Below, piece by piece: positions 61,121 through 64,000 of a stretch of DNA of 64,000 nucleotides (positions are counted from its first letter, which is position 1; each line of letters begins with the position of its first letter). Under the pieces are notes generated by a model that saw nothing but the letters and a program-made list of their open reading frames with translations, was not told where the DNA came from and searched no databases. This DNA is from Candidatus Marinacidobacterales bacterium (lineage in GTDB: Bacteria > Acidobacteriota > Vicinamibacteria > Marinacidobacterales > DATDRI01): positions 1,088,001-1,152,000 of the forward strand of contig OZ245365.1 of NCBI GenBank assembly GCA_965226495.1, in the 5' to 3' direction. Both the position numbers and the translations under genes were made by a program.

Positions 61121-61126
61121 CTCGAC

Positions 61127-61948
61127 CTATTGGGTCGTGGCGGGCTTGGGGGCCTCGACGGTCACGCTCGCGAGAAGCCGGGTCGTGATCGGAGTTCCCT
61201 CGGGAAGGATCAACTCCTCCCCCCGGGTGGCCAAGACCGCTCCGGTACCCGCGCCCCCTCCTACCGCGGTGCCTATGGCGGCTCCTTTCTTGCCTCCAAC
61301 GATCGCGCCAACCAAAGCGCCTGCGCCCGCACCGATGCCAATCTTCGCTGCATCTTTCTTCTGAGTGGACCTCGCCTCTAGGCGAAGGGCTTCCGCCTCG
61401 ATCGAGATCTCTTCATCGTCGAAGGTAACAACACGATCGAACTCGAGAGTCAGCTCGGCGCGTCCCTTGACCTTGTCGGAACGCTTTGCATGTGCGACGT
61501 GCCCCAGGACCTGAGTGCCGGCCGGGAGCGCCGCCCGTCCTTCGACGGTGATGGCCTGGCTCGTGCGAGCCGTGAAGCGGTCGCCGGTTTTTGAATCCAC
61601 GCTCGAAATAGGGGTTTCGAGCTCCACGACGAGCTTCTCGCCGACAGGGATGGTTAGAAGGACGCGCGGCTCTCGACCAAGGAGTTCTGCCAGGAAGCCC
61701 ACGTTTTCGGTGATGACGGCGGAAGTCGTCCCCGGGTCAGAGTCATTATTAGTGGCTTCGTTGGCGGGAGTTCTCCCGGCCGTCATCCACAAGACACCGA
61801 CGGCCAGTATGGCCGCCGCTAGGGTGGCCGCGACACCCTTTCCAAAGCCGCCACCTCGTTTGGCGGCCGCCTGGAGGGACCCGCCGCAACTCGAGCAAAA
61901 AGCAGCCTTTTCTTCGGCAGACGCGCCGCACTGAGAACAGTACCTCAT
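61127..61948 (-). CDS. Zinc-ribbon/TM protein with C-terminal VirB10-like beta domain and glycine zipper
   Basis: CSQCG..FCSSCG, TM helix, L.TPISS.....GD.F.A, GAGAGALVGAIVGGKKGAAIG. Confidence 0.7.
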   Translation of the reverse strand: MRYCSQCGASAEEKAAFCSSCGGSLQAAAKRGGGFGKGVAATLAAAILAVGVLWMTAGRTPANEATNNDSDPGTTSAVITENVGFLAELLGREPRVLLTIPVGEKLVVELETPISSVDSKTGDRFTARTSQAITVEGRAALPAGTQVLGHVAHAKRSDKVKGRAELTLEFDRVVTFDDEEISIEAEALRLEARSTQKKDAAKIGIGAGAGALVGAIVGGKKGAAIGTAVGGGAGTGAVLATRGEELILPEGTPITTRLLASVTVEAPKPATTQ

Positions 61949-62124
61949 GGCGTTCCCCTTTTCCGTTGGATTGTTTGGATTTCTACCCAGTGTACGGGCC
62001 TCGACGGGGACCGTCAAACCAGCAGTCGGGCCGGGTTGATTTCGGTGTGGCCCAGCACTAATATTCCTGTCTGTCTAAGCCTCGAAAAAGTAGTGGGCTC
62101 CCCTCCGGAGTTGCAGGAGCGAGT

Positions 62125-63570
62125 TTGAACAGCTCGACCGGCGAGACACCCGCTCACAACTATTCACGCGTCGACGAGTTGTTGCAGGCGCGCGAAGCGC
62201 GTGTCCTCGCGTGGTCGCTTGTCGCAAGGCTCATCGCTTTTTCCATCGTGACCGTGTTTTCCCTCCTGCAACTTCTGGGCGTCGTCCGAGGTATCGTCGC
62301 CGACACCGACGCTGACGCGGTGATTGTATTGTTCCTGTCGATGGCGTGCGGCGCGGCGGTCGTCTACGGCCTCGTTCTCGCGCGGCGCGGAGAGCAGCTC
62401 CGCCGGGTCGGTTTGGGAGCGGTCTTCCTGGATCTCGCCTTCATGGCTTCCTTGCCGTTCATCTGGCTCCAGACGACCCCGACCTACGCATCGTTGGGAT
62501 TCCTGATGAAGGGTGAGCTATTCACCCTCGCCTCGACGATGCTCGTCGTCAACACTCTGACGCTCACGCCGCTGTACCCGGCACTGATCGCGGCCGGCTC
62601 CATCCTGATTCATGTTGCGATCATTGTCATCGTGACGTTGGATCCGCGGGTGGTTTTCGTTTCCGGATATATGGAGCACTTCTCGACCCCGGCGGTGAAC
62701 CCGGGGGTATTCAATCTCCGGATTCTCATTTTGGCGCTCGAGGGAGCGTTCCTCTGGTTGCTCGCCAAGACGGCGCGAAGAACGATTCGCGACGCGGTCG
62801 AGCTCGAGGTGTCGAACTTCGAGATCAAGGAACGGCAGGCCGAGCTCTTGATGGAAGGCAAGATGGCGGCCATGAGCGAACTTGTCGCTGGCGTGGCGCA
62901 CGAAGTGAACACGCCCCTCGGCGTCGTGAGAAGCAATCTCGATACCTCGGAAGCGGCGACCTCGAAGCTGGCGGAGGCTGTTCCTTCGGGAAACGCCGCG
63001 ATTGAGCGGATCGTTCAAGTGATGAAAGAAAACGGGCGGGTCGCTCGACAGGCTGTCGCACGCATTGCCAAGGTCGTGGGCTCGTTGAAGGATTTCGCAA
63101 GCCTCGACCAAGCGGAGCTGCAGCGAACGGACATTCGGGAGGGCCTCGATACGGCACTTGCCCTGATCGAGCCCAACAAGAAAGCCGGAATCTAGGTCGT
63201 CAAGGAGTATTCGGACGTTCCAGAGATTCTGTGCCGGCCGAAGGAGCTGAATCAAGTCTTCATGACGGTGCTGGTTAATGCTTTCGAAGCTATGGCGGGT
63301 GAGGGCACCCTCCGCGTCTTCACTTCACTGAGCGACAGTCAGATTTTGGTCAAGATAGCCGACACCGGCTCCGGGATCTCCTCGGACCAATTGGAGGGGC
63401 TCTTCGAAATCGGTTTCGGAGCCAGCAAAGGCCGGATCTCGATGGCGCTCGGCTTGCCGCTCGGCCGGCGGATTGTGGAGCGTCACGGCGGCACGCTGTC
63501 GGTCGAGAGCGAGCTGGGGAAGGGTGCCGTTTTTACGATCTCGCTTCCCACGGATGCCAAGCAGGCCTAG
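62125..63570 (+). pseudogene. Membrane sensor histidine kinase with in-frame TAG at 63193-63195
   Basis: TM region and AGVAHEVNTP H-box. After the TAG the same frame continues VVKEY...ELNQVFM..LVNA, DTGSGI, LGL...IVERHGG. Confidence 0.88.
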
Positions 63571-64000
63571 AAGTCCTTGCCCACGAGCGCCAGCGACTGG
63601 TGCATCGTTCGCTGCGGGTGTTTTTGCCGGAGCCGCGAATGAAAGAAGCGATTGAGCCCGGCGAGCACGTACTTCTTGTCGAGAGTCTCGCTCTGGAGCT
63701 CCTCGCGGAGTGCCCAAAAAGTCTTGAGCAAATGACTCGAGTAGATCGGAGGATCCAGTCCGTGATCGAGAACCGTGGCCTGGCATTCCTCGAGAAACGT
63801 CGATTCCTCCTCCACGAGCCATGGTGTCTCATCGATTTCGAGATCGACGAAGGGGCGAAGCCGCCCGACGAAACACCCCATTTGTAACAACGCCAGCTTC
63901 CAAAACTCGGGAAACTTTCCGCACTGTTTACGCGCTGCATTTGCGAAGGTGAGTGGGTGGGTACCGAAGAGCCAACCCGCATTCTTTGCCACCGGCTGCT
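63567..64000 (-). CDS. C-terminal part of a hypothetical protein (resembles the tail of large Rieske-domain proteins), truncated by window end
   Basis: GWL..THPLTFANA, LLQMGCFVGR, HLLKT, NRFF.S.L.QKH..RT..Q. The Rieske domain itself is not in the window. Confidence 0.45.
   Translation of the reverse strand, partial: QPVAKNAGWLFGTHPLTFANAARKQCGKFPEFWKLALLQMGCFVGRLRPFVDLEIDETPWLVEEESTFLEECQATVLDHGLDPPIYSSHLLKTFWALREELQSETLDKKYVLAGLNRFFHSRLRQKHPQRTMHQSLALVGKDF

Overview
GC-rich bacterial window. It most resembles Acidobacteriota (Vicinamibacteria-like; inference from the kinase-TolB, VPS10/BNR, M28 and long Tes-type radical SAM genes and a GCGCGGGGCCCCACCCCCACGC REP motif). No rRNA, tRNA or CRISPR array was seen. 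Main content, left to right: (i) peptidase/hydrolase genes, several broken; (ii) a ~1150-aa molybdopterin oxidoreductase fused to a cysteine desulfurase; (iii) an ~8.3-kb mosaic (14.36-22.69 kb) between a tetraether-synthase (Tes)-like radical SAM gene and proline dehydrogenase. The mosaic is bounded by copies of the same terminator and holds two DUF3604 paralogs, IS91/ISCR and IS3 remnants, two oriIS-like ends and many gene stubs. (iv) a 2Fe-2S-domain protein, a NYN protein, and a receiver-TrxB plus cNMP histidine kinase pair; (v) a sulfotransferase divergent from an operon of two alkaline-phosphatase-superfamily proteins, a 64-aa 'LGY-tail' protein and a DUF106/Oxa1-like membrane protein; (vi) a DUF222-like HNH endonuclease with a palindrome both inside and upstream of it; (vii) a sulfatase-like gene cleanly split by IS30, next to a GT-C glycosyltransferase; (viii) a putative catabolic cluster (2 SDRs, DUF1116, esterase, LLM monooxygenase, GS-like ligase); (ix) a Ser/Thr kinase and a histidine kinase. 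Many mid-gene junctions, 1-bp frameshifts and nonsense codons suggest the assembly may be partly chimeric or error-prone, so gene neighbourhoods need read-level confirmation. All family calls come from motif recognition, not database searches.
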